Source of the DNA: Octopus sinensis
Lineage: Eukaryota
NCBI RefSeq assembly: GCF_006345805.1
Contig: NC_043014.1
Location: 39,184,001 to 39,248,000 of the forward strand
Direction: 5' to 3'
Length of the DNA: 64,000 nt
Position 1 is the first letter of the stretch, and each line of letters begins with the position of its first letter. The notes below the pieces were generated by a model. It had not been told where the DNA came from, ran no database searches, and saw only the letters and a program-made list of their open reading frames with translations. Shown in pieces: positions 36,120-47,440 of this stretch. A program made the translations under genes and the position numbers.

Positions 36120-38059
36120 TAGGTAGATAGATGTAAATGTGTGTGTGTATATATATATATAGAGAGAGAGAGAAATGTGTGTGTGTGTATGTATGTATGT
36201 ATGTATGTATAGATATAAATATGTGTGTGTACATATAGGTAGATATAAATATGTGTGTGCATATATATACATATACACACACACACACACACACGCACAC
36301 ATACATTCATACATATGTACACTAGCAATGCATCCTGGCGTTGCCTGGGTATTATGTCCCACAGCCACATTGTATTATTTCTTCCTTTCTTATGGCCACA
36401 ATCAGCACAGCGTAATAGAAGTAATTGCTTGTTTGAAAGTGAAGGTGGGGTGGGTACAAGTTGCATGGGTTTGCATGAAAGTGCTTTCTGTTCTTAAGAA
36501 GGATCACAAACTATGTATTGTTTCATTGTATAAAACGGGGTTAATACGATTTTGCCCAGAAATCACATTTTCAAAATTTTTATTTCCCACTGTCTCCACT
36601 GCAATTTCTTAAATTGTAACTTTTTTCAAATTTTTTTCTTTTTATCCACAGAAAAATACAGAGATTACAAGTGGGATTTTTTTTTTTTTTTTTTCTAAGT
36701 TTAATTTTTCTTAAAGAAACATTCAATAATCCCCACCCATCACCTACCTGCTTTCAAAAAGCTTAAACTTCCCACTGTTTCACTTTTGCGTAGAATTGTA
36801 TTGAAATAGTAGATGTAAAAAAAAACCACATCACCACCAGAAAACCTGACATGCTAGAAACAACAGGTAAACAACATTGTTTCTGAAGAAACTTCCCCAC
36901 TTTCCAAAAAGCTAAAAGTGAAACATTGGGAATTTGTAGCTTTTTGAAAGTAGTGAGGCAGTATAGGTGGATGTTTGGGAAGGAGATTTTAGTGTTTCTT
37001 TAAGAAAAAATTACCAATAAAAAATTTGGAGAAAAGTAAAAAAAATGAAGAAATTGGGGTGGGGGAGGAGAAAATTAAAATATTGAGAATGCGTTTTTTG
37101 GGCGAAATCTTAATTTCCTGCATCGAAAACATAGGAATTGGAAGAAATTTAAGGAAAAAAAAATAAGGAAGGGGTGCAAATGTCATCTCAGACATGCTAG
37201 AAATAACGGGTAAAGGACAGGATTTCTGGCAAAACTTCCTTTAAGTTTATATTGAAGATCAGGTTTTAAAATATGCTCCATCACAAACACAAATTACAGA
37301 ATAGAAAAAGGTCTTTTCAATTCGATTTGAGCTGTAATTTTGTGCATGCACACAGCGAGAAATAACAAAGTTTATACAGTTTTACCTAGTGTGTGTGTGT
37401 GTGTGTGCCAAAGGAAATTATTTTATGGCATTCTTTTGTTTAAAGCAGCAAAATTGTCAACTCAGTCATATGGTTGATCATATGGGATCATATGATTATT
37501 CATTAATTTCCATAAATGTTTTTGTATTTCTTTATGCTTTGAAGACAGAAGAAATTGAAAGAGGGGAAAAAGTAAAAAGGCGACATTTGCGTTGAAGTGA
37601 GAGCAGAAAGTGAAAAATGTATGCACGTGCATGCGTGGGAGAGTGAATGAAGGTGTGTGTTGTCATGTATGTGTAAGTGATACTCAATTGCTCACTCTCT
37701 CTCTCTATCACACACACACACACATCTTTCGTATACACTTACATAAATACACGCATACATCATTTTTGTATGGATGTGTACATGTGCTTGTGAGAGAGAG
37801 AGTGACTGACTGTATTTCCTCAGAGAAATGGATGTCTTTTAATGAGTGACTAATTCAGATAAGCATTACTTTCATTATTCATACATCATCACTCTCATAA
37901 TGCAAGTTGAGAGTGGAGAGGTTGGTATTAAAAAGGGCATCCGGCTGCCAGATCAGATTGGTGTCTGCTGCAGCCGCCTGGCTTCCCAGACCCCAGTTGA
38001 ACTGTCCAACCCATGCCAGCATGAAAAACGGATGTTAAAGGAGGAGGAGGAGAATGATA

Positions 38060-38215
38060 GTTAAAATTTATAGAAAGCCAAAAGACAAAGACAGGTGTAT
38101 GAATAACAAGCAAGTGTATAAGTTTGACGCTTGGGGAAAATGAAAAAGTCTTTTACGTTTCAAGCCTATGCTCTTCAACAGAAAGGAATAAGAGAAAATA
38201 AAAGAGAGAGAGAAG
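38060..38215 (-). mobile_element. Penelope-like terminal fragment (same family as 17015-17160)
   Basis: The minus strand at 38185-38150 reads CTTT-CTGTTGA-A-GAGC-ATAG-GCTT-GAAAC-GTA-AAAG. Confidence 0.6.
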
Positions 38216-38563
38216 GAAAAAAAACTTATAGATTTCAGCAGTCCAACATGTGTGTGTGTGTATATAACTATATATGTATGTATATACTGTTTTAGCTCAT
38301 TTGTTCTTTGTTTAATTTTCCCTGAGAGAATATTTAGTAGAATGTACGTAACCCACTTTCTTATGTGATGCAGCAGCAATTAGTTCACGATAGCAGTAGG
38401 TTTAAATTCACTTATCTGTTGTTGTTGGTGGTGGTGGTGGTGGTGGTGGTGGTGGCAGCGGCTGTGTGTGTGTGTGTGTGACCATCATTTAGTTCTCCAA
38501 GGAGGCATGTGTTAGATGGGTTTTCTGAAGCAGCCCTTCATGGATGGTATACCATAATGTAAA

Positions 38564-38596
<33 letters not shown>

Positions 38597-38705
38597 CACA
38601 CATGCATGCATACACCCATACACAATAAATATAGACAGTAGTTTGCAGTGTGACTGGGGTGTTAGCAGTGTAGGTGTTTATAACACCCTAGTCACATTTA
38701 GTGAC

Positions 38706-38741
<36 letters not shown>

Positions 38742-39182
38742 CCAAGATGGGGGGAAAATGTGAAAACAAACCTACACCAGTTCTCAAGTGTTGATGGAGG
38801 ACAAACAACACATACACACGTACAATGGGCTTCTTTTAGTTTCCATCTACCAAATCCACTCATAAGGCTTTGGTTGACCTATGCTATAATAGGAGACACT
38901 TATCCAAGGTGTCATGCAGTGGGATTATAAAAATATAATAGGATTTTTATAACATTGATTTGTTAGAAGGGGCTATCCGAGTAAAAAAGGAACCAAACAG
39001 TTCCATGAGTAAAAAGTGATTGAGAAACACTGCTGTAAATTTTTCTTTTTATATTCTTATTTCTTTTACATAATTTTGCTGAATGCTAATATCTGGTCAT
39101 TACAAAATATTTATTATAAAGTTTACAAAATAACATATTTCATGTATTAAGGTTTGATTTTATTTTCAGTCAAGATTTAAAC

Positions 39183-39660
39183 TTAGAAATATTGAATTTC
39201 TAAATGTCTCAGAGAGACATAAGCGGTGGTGGAGCGATATAGTGGTTGTATACTGTCAACGCAATGTGACAGTCCCATAAGGGAATTACACCACCACCAT
39301 TTAGCCCTAGGAAACATAGACGTTTCCTGTCGGCTTTGACACATTTTCTGTGTCCGTATATTTGCAAAGGGGAGGCAATCACCCCCACCAGCTGGGACTA
39401 GCACCTGAAGACATATGTTTCTGAGTGTATTGCTCGTCATCAGTCCAGGGTAATCAGTCTCGCTCGCTGAGATGACTGCAACCTCTCTGCAAATATATCC
39501 TATTTTCATTAAATTTTATTTACTGATCACCAAAATTAGAAATATTGAATTTCTAAATGTCTCAGAGAGACATGAGCGGTGGTGGAGCGATATAGTGATT
39601 GTATACTGTCAACTCAATGTGACAGTCCCATAAGGGAATTACACCACCACTATTTAGCCC
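39183..39660 (-). mobile_element. Retrozyme-like non-autonomous retroelement (about 1.35 x 353-bp monomer)
   Basis: 125-bp direct repeats (39183-39307 and 39536-39660, 4 mismatches), an 11-bp TSD AAGATTTAAAC (39172-39182 and 39661-39671), an internal hammerhead fold, and no convincing coding capacity. Confidence 0.75.
39404..39449 (-). ncRNA. Type I hammerhead ribozyme motif
   Basis: The minus strand reads CCUGGA-CUGAUGA-C-GAG-CAAUACA-CUC-A-GAAAC-AUAU-GUC-UUCAGG. It has stem I CCUGGA/UUCAGG, stem II GAG/CUC, a palindromic stem III ACAUAUGU, and a GUC cleavage triplet. Confidence 0.8.
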
Positions 39661-40379
39661 AAGATTTAAACGGTAAATGTAAATCTGCTTAACCCTGTAG
39701 CATTTAGACCAACCATATCTGGCTAAAATATTCTACATGTTCTATGTTCGAATCAGCAATATTTGGCCTCTCATACCTACCCTACAATGTTATTCTAAAA
39801 ATAAACAATCACATCATCAAATTCTAGAGGGAACTAAGTAATGCATGATTAATTTAAAATAATGTGTGTAGGCTTGAAAGAAATGAAGCTAGTATGCTTC
39901 ACTGGGTTTGCAATGACAGTGTGCGTGTATAACAGTGTAAGCATCTTGAGAGAAAAGTTGGGGATAAGAGGCACCAGATGCAGTGTGCAAGTGAGACAAC
40001 TGCATTGGTGTGGCCATGTGATACCTGTGTGGTAAGTATCTTGCTTACCAACCACATGGTTCCGGGTTCAGTCCCACTGCGTGGCACCTTGGGCAAGTGT
40101 CTTCTATAGCCTCAGGCCAACCAAAGCCTTGTGAGCGGATTTGGTAGACGGAAACTGAAAGAAGCCTGTCATATATATGTATATGTATGTCTGTGTTTGT
40201 CCCTCTCAACATCGCTTGACAACCGATGCTGGTGTGTTTACGTCCCTGTAATTTAGTGGTTCAGCAAAAGAGACCGATAGAATAAGTACTAGGCTTAGAA
40301 AGAATAAGTCCTGGGGTCGATTTCCTTGACTAAAGGTGGTGCTCCAGCATGACTGAAACAAGTAAAATAATATGGACAA

Positions 40380-40740
40380 GGACAGCAGTGTAAAGAAGTG
40401 TTGATCTCTAACTGTGGAGGGGTAAGCCTAGGAAGACATGGGACGAGGTGGTGAAGCATGATCAAGATCTTTGGTGATATGCTGTACTTGAGAAGACCTG
40501 TCAGGCCAAGTGAAATCATAGTCACAGCCAATGCTGGTGTCACGTAACTAGCACCCATACCAGTGGCATGTAAAAAGTATCTATTACTTTCTTGGAGTGG
40601 TTGGCATTAGGAAGGGCAATCAGCTGTGGAAACCATGCCAAATCAGATTGGAACTTTGTGTAACTCTCCAGCTTACCAGTTTCAGTCAAACCATCTAACC
40701 CATACCAGCATGGAAAGCAGATGTTAAATGATGGTGATGA
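40380..40740 (+). mobile_element. RTE-LINE 3' end (ORF C-terminus running into the family-E UTR)
   Basis: A degenerate ...GKPRKTWDEVVKHD segment is contiguous with family-E sequence and its (TGA)n tail. Confidence 0.7.
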
Positions 40741-40984
40741 CAATGAAAGTGAGTAAATAGGCATTACATTTGACAGAGTAATCTGAATGCTAAAGAGCTA
40801 AACTTCTTTATAAATCTTTGGCTTTTGGTTTTATCATCATCATCACTTAATGACCGTTTTCCATGCTGGCATGGGGTTGGATGGTTTGACTGAAAACCGG
40901 TAAGCCAGGGAGCTGCACTAGGCTCCGATCTGATTTGGCAAGATTTCTACAGCTAGTTGTCCTTCCTAACGCCAACCCCTCTAA

Positions 40985-41312
40985 GAGTGTTGTCAAAATC
41001 TCTCGTGGAAGCATCATCCAACCAAAATGCAAATATATGGGAAACTACCACTTGTGTCATCTCTTGTGAAGGGTTGGAGAGTCCAGTTTGCTGGACATTG
41101 TTGTAGAGCTGAAAACGAGGCAATTTCTACTCTTCTCCTCTGGAAGCCATCTGCTCACAATACCAGAGGGCGCACACTCTCCTACCCTGATGTAATCTCC
41201 AGGGATACAGGCTTCCAGCAACAGGATCTCCGTAATGCTATGATGGACCGTGAAGTCTGGCGTAGCATGGTAAATTCCATTGTCTCAACCACGGTCGAAC
41301 AATGATGATGAT
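40985..41312 (+). mobile_element. 5'-truncated RTE-type LINE 3' end
   Basis: Open ORF 41027-41305 (...FAGHCCRAENE...LLLWKP...RGRTLSYPDVISRDTG...AMMDREVWRSMV) is followed immediately by (TGA)n. It interrupts a family-E copy. Confidence 0.75.
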
Positions 41313-44300
41313 GTTGTATTTGTATGTGCCATTGACCTGACATCGACCACAACTATGGTGTCACTGCCTCCATGAGACTCAGTGCTCGAAGGGTACTTTT
41401 TATGTGCCACCGGCACGAGTGCCAGTTGGCACTGGCATTGGCCACGACTATGATTTATCCCTCTCTCTCTCTTTCGGAGAGGCACTGAGCAGCTATACGC
41501 ACACATACACACACGGCAGTAACTTCCACCTACCGAATTCAATCACAAAGCTCTGGTGGGACTGAACCCGAAACCATGTAGCTAGGAAGCAAGCTCCCTA
41601 ACCACACAGCCATGCCCGCATGTAAAATAAGAAACCAGCTAATCAACCATAATTTTTGTGTGTTCATTTTTAACATATGTTCAAGCAAACTGTTCTTTTT
41701 CACTCAGAATATTTTGAACACCTTTTAAATTTTAAATATTCTATTTAAAATTCATCCCAATGTAGATAACTTCAACAAATGAAAGAGAAGTAAAATTTCT
41801 TGACATGTATTAGTTGTGGTAGGTCAGGTGTGTGTGCACGTGTGTACATGCACAGTTTCCATTGATGAAATCTTAGGTTTAGTCACAGAACAATGGACCA
41901 TTGGAAACTATTGATATCTTTGTATATTACTAATAATATACGTGTGGCCTGAGTCATTCACTCGATAGGACATGCTAATACTAGTTCAGCTTCACATTTA
42001 AAATTTACTTTTGTATGCTAGGAAAATATGAAAACATTTTTCTTTTATTCTTGGTGGTGGGTGATGGGTGTGTTGCTATTTTGTACTTTAAACTTCAGTA
42101 ACTAAAATTAGAATAATAATAAATTGCAAGACATAAAGAAAAATTGAATACAGCAAAAATTGTTACTATTTTACAACTATGCATATCATCATCATCCTAA
42201 TCATATGCCCATGTTCTGTACTGGCATGGGTTGGACAATTTGACAGCATCCAATGGGTCCAAGGACTGCGTTGTGCTCCAGTTCATTGTGTGTATGCATG
42301 CACACGTATAATATTTATATACATGATAGGCTTCCGTACATTTTCTGTCTTCCAAAATCCACTCAGGAGGCTTTGACCTTTGACCAGCCTAGGGTTGTCA
42401 TAGAAGACACCCAACCTGCTATGTGGTTGTAAGGCAAACTTCTCAACCACACAACCTCACTAGCACCTATGTATAAAAATGACGGGGTGATCTTCAGCTA
42501 AATGCTGCAACAACTACAGTCTGTATGGGATGTGCTGGTGAAGTGCTGGGTTGAAATATGTAGGGGGTGTTGATAAACTACAGTTTTGTGTAACTTATGC
42601 TTATCCATCATCTGCAAATGAGTATGGCCTGGTTGTTTGTACCATGCTTTCACGAGTGGTTTGTTGGTGCCTTGAAGTTGCTAACAGATAATGATGCCGT
42701 CTTGGCCATTATACTCTTGACCTTGACCTGACAGAGTACTGAGGATGTGTCAGCAGGAGAAGAGATAGTTGTGCACCAACAGTCACCTGGTATTCTTTTT
42801 CAGTTTAGTAGACTGGAATAGTGTGAAGTGAAGTGCCTTGCTCAAGAACACAATGTGCTACTCAGTTCTAGAATTGAACCAATGACCTCGCACCTGGCAG
42901 CCTAACACCTTTAACTACTAGACTATGTTCTTTCATTTATGCCTATAGTTAGTCGCCATTACCCTGTAAGGAGCATAAGGCCAGTTTCCTGATTTATCTT
43001 GCATATATATTTCCTCCCTGGATGAGAGGCTGGTCCATTGCAGGAATATTCATTTTTACCAGCTGAGTGGACTGGAGCAATGTAAAATTACGTGTTTTGT
43101 TAAGAAAACAATGCATCACCTGACCCAGGAATCAAATCCGCAATCTTACTATCATGAGCCCAACACCCTAACCATTAAGCCAGGTGCCTCCACAATTGGC
43201 ATCTATGCCTATAGGGGAATAAAATTATGATGAATGTTGGCTTCTTAATTATCTGATCCTGAAAAGGGGCTTCTGTTCATATTTGATATCAGGAATTAAA
43301 ACCTGAAATCTACAGCAGAAAATAATCTTTTAAATGAGCTGTTTATTGATTGTGACCTTGAAGGATGTATAAATGCACGATGATAACCTTGCTTTGTGTG
43401 TTGCTAAAGATATATGATAATTTAGTACTTACGCCTCACTCATCGTTACATATCATTACCTCTATTTGGTCTGTTTGACTTTTTGGCACCAGTCCAAACC
43501 ATACATGTTTGATAGTTTATATTGTTTTCCTTTTCTTTTTAATATATACAACTAGCAATGGTATTTAGACATTCTGATAGCTCTATCTCATATTTAGTTT
43601 GAGGGAGGCTATTTAGAAAACTTAGTTTTAGACACAAATATCAGACTGATATTTCTGTCTGAAACAAAGAATTTTCTAAATAACTTGTCCTCGTACTAAA
43701 TACTTATGCTATTATTATCATTGATTAACAGACTGAAGTGACAATAAGTAGAATGATTAACAAAATGCTAAACAGTATTTAGTTACATTACTTAAATTCT
43801 GAGTTCAGTTCCTAGTGAGGTCAGTGTAACTTTTCATTCTTGAGAGAAGGAGTACAGGTCAGGTCAGGTGTTCAAGTGATCTCTAAGGGCTCTGGACTGT
43901 GTCCAAGTCTCGCAGTTGTAGAGCAAGATGGGAAGAACCAGAGATCTGAAGACCTGCACCTGTGTCCTCATGCAAATTATGAGAACCAGTTCAGCATCCA
44001 GATTAAAGGCCTTGTGAGTATGTGTTTTGGCTTTTTGTGCTCCAAGGTGAAACTTAGTTTTTTTGTCCTTTCTGACCCATTAAAGTACCAGACCAGGACA
44101 TTGGACCTTGTAGTAGACTATAAAAAAAAAAAAAGAATAGCATAGACCTTAAGAAAGAGTTTACATCATTCTTCTTAATCCTTTAACTCCACTTGAGCGC
44201 CAACAAGAGATCTTCATCTATCTCAATGTTTGGTAATGGGTTACAGCTTCCTTTTGACTTTCACTATGTTGCTTCATATGCAGTCTCTGAAAACTACCTC

Positions 44301-46824
44301 CCCTTAACAGAATTAGTTTTCATCTGTCCTCTCATTGGTGTTTCAGTAACAGCGTAGAAAAGATAGTACAGGGCTGCTAACTCTGTGCCCATCACCCTCC
44401 TTTCTCAACCAGGCTAGGGACTGCCTATGGCAAAATTATTTGCGTCATTGTTACAGGCAATTTAAGCTGAGGTCACAAAGTACTCAAAAGAGCTATGGTG
44501 CTGGTGGCAGCACTGGATTCAATTTATGCAACTATAACACTCCTCACAAATTTGTGTCTTTGTGCCTCTATTAAAATTCATTTATTATCATTCCAGGGGA
44601 GTGGCAGGAAGGGTGAAATGCTCAGTTAAATACCTTACGAGTTGCTCAAACATTTTTTGCAAATTAGCACCAATGGTTCGAATGAGTTTGTCATATGTAC
44701 ACCTTGATACCATGTCATCCCATCTCACTTGTGAGGCCTAATCTGTGAAGACCTGATCTAACTTAACTTGTCTCAATATCTAACATTGTAAACACTTTTC
44801 TATACTATTAACATACAGAAAAAAGAAGATAGGAGAGCAGTGACAAATCATTACACTGTTGGCTACTCCTCAGAGAATCCTCGCTTCCTTTCCCAACCAG
44901 TAGCACAAATCAGCTGCTTTATAAAGCAATCACAAATTAGGATAGCTTAATTTATATATTTTGGTAGCTTGACCCTTTAGCATTTAAACCGTACACACAT
45001 AACCTGCAATGTCATTCTAAAATTAAACAGTTTCGTCACTGAAATCTTGAAGCTACAAAATAATGCACGAATAATTAAAGACAATGTGAATAAATAAGCA
45101 TAACAACCTGCAGATTCATTTCTCATGTTGTACCATGTTCCTACATAGCCGAAGACCACAGTGGACACTTCAATAAGCAGTGATGAGTCATGGTATGCAG
45201 TGTGTTCGTCTGTACATGTTGCACCCTTTCCAGTGTCCATTCCATTATTTTTTCTCCCAGCAGATTCTCTTGATAGCTACAGGGGAGGTGGGTTCAGTGA
45301 ACTTGATCAGTACATAATAATTGCTGTACCTCTACCAGTTATTAGTGAATTGGTGATGTGCGCGATTGATTAATACAGCCTTTTCTATATGTATGGGTTT
45401 TGTGTTTGTTGGGGTCAAGTGAGAGATATGATGTTATTAGTATACTATTGTTGTAGTTTTCTGGAATTTTTGGAGAAGATTTTCATGAAGTGACGGGAAT
45501 TGTGGGATATTGAAATGAGACTGCCCCACTTTGTCCTGGTGGTCTGTGTATGATAATACATCACACAGTTTTGTGTATTTTGTAGTTTACTGTGGTTTTA
45601 TGGAGAAATCGAGGATCTGTGCATTTTGTCTATGGTGGATCTAATGTATTATTCACTTAAGCCCCTCACTCCCTGAGGAGCAAAGGGCATCAATGGTTTT
45701 TCTCTACTGGTATCGATTCTGGACTGTTTTCCTCTCACAGGTTTCGGGTTTTGAATTGTCATTGATACTTCTGAGTGAGATAGGAAGAAGACAGACTTAA
45801 ACAAAACCTTGTGAGAACAGACAAATCCTTTGGGATGAGGTGGTCTATATTAGTCTGGCCACTATCCTTTGGCCTGTCCTGCATAAGTCTCTACCAGGGC
45901 TTGTGCTCTGCTGACACATTGCAGAATCATTGAGGCATATAAGCCACAGCAAGGATTGGACCTTGTAGCAGATCTAATCTATTGTTTATACATTATTGTT
46001 ATTTATTTTTTGTGGTTTTAGGCAGTTTTATTTGGCTCTCTTTACTGTTTTCTATGAAAGGTGCTGAAAAGTTCCTGGTTTTAAGGGTATTGCGAAAGAC
46101 CTGGTTGGAGGCCCAACTGAGTTCTTTTATGGGGCTTGGAAAATCTGAAGGACCATTGCAATAACTGTGAATATGAGAAGAGAATATGTTGAATCAAAGC
46201 TTAATTAACTGATCCTCCTGTATTTTCTTTTACCCAAAGCAAGGAACTTTTCAGCACCCCCTCATGCATGTTGTGAATGCTGTGGGGTTGTATGTGATTT
46301 ATAGTATTTTTGCTTTCTCTGTATGTGTACGTATGTAGTGTGAGGTTGTTGACTGTATTTGATATTCACTGGTATTACTGTGAAAAGGAAGACTGGATTC
46401 AGATCCAGGATTTTATGTGATACTGTGTTTTGAGTTGTGGAAAGGTCATGAAGGTACAGATTAGAAAGAGTGGGTGAGAAAATGGGTTTGTGTGGTGATC
46501 CATTTGAAGCATGATATATGGTCAAAGCAGAAGGATACTTTTTCTACATCTTTCTGAATTCAAATCTCACTCATCAGTTCGAACTTTTATCCGGCAGGGT
46601 CTATAAATTACATGAAAAAAACCCATCTAGATCCTTTAACTCCATATGGAGTATAGAGCATCAACAAGATATTGTCATCTATCTTGATCATTGGCAATGG
46701 ATTGCATTGTTCTCCATTGTAGCTGCCTGTCAGTGCTTCAGTTTCTGTGAACCTTCTCTTGTTGTCTTTGGTCTGCTGTGCTTGATTCTCCCTTAAGTTG
46801 TCCATTCAAGGTCTTACCTTATAA

Positions 46825-47440
46825 TCATCATCAACATTATCATTTAATGTCTGCTTTCCATGCTGGCATATGTTGGACAGTTTGACATGGAGCTGGCTAT
46901 CAAAGCTGTCCCAGACTCCAATTGACATGGTTTCTATGGTTGGATGCCCTTCTTAACACCAATCACTTAACAGAGTGTACTGGGTGCTTTTTACATGTCA
47001 CTGGCACAGGTGCGTCTACGCAACACTGACAGTGATGCATTAACGCAGTACTGGCATGAGTGCTTTTTGAGTGGCACCAGCACTCGAAAGGACAAGCCTG
47101 TTTGTGTAGAAGACAGCAATTTTGCTTAGCTTGACACATCTCCCGGTCCCTTGTCATTTCCTCAGTAAGGACCAGTGTCCAAAGATCCTTTCTCACCCCA
47201 TCCCACGTCTTCCTGGGTCTACCCCTTCTACAGGTACCCTCCACAATTAGAGCTTGGCACTTCTTTATGCAGCTGTCCTCATTCATACACATCACATGAC
47301 CAAACCAGCACAGTCTTCTCTCTTGTACACAACATCTGGTACCGTTTATACCTAGTTTTCCTCTTAAATCATTTACGCTCTGTCATGCATGCACTCTGAC
47401 ATTACTCACTCAGTGGAGCATGTTGGAATTAAATTTCTGT
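46825..47440 (-). mobile_element. RTE-LINE 3' end with ORF C-terminus and full 3' UTR
   Basis: The minus-strand ORF MNEDSCIKKCQALIVEGTCRRGRPRKTWD...TEEMTRDRE continues into family-E sequence ending in (TGA)n. Confidence 0.8.

Noticed and set aside
36540-37240. Imperfect inverted and direct repeats suggesting an old MITE
   Set aside because: Too degenerate to define termini or a TSD by eye.
39183-39509. 108-aa ORF in the retrozyme-like element
   Set aside because: No recognisable domain, and it overlaps structured non-coding motifs, so it is likely chance.
46545-46585. CUGAUGA...GAAA on the minus strand resembling a hammerhead core
   Set aside because: Stems I and III cannot form, so it is a chance match within an old LINE remnant.
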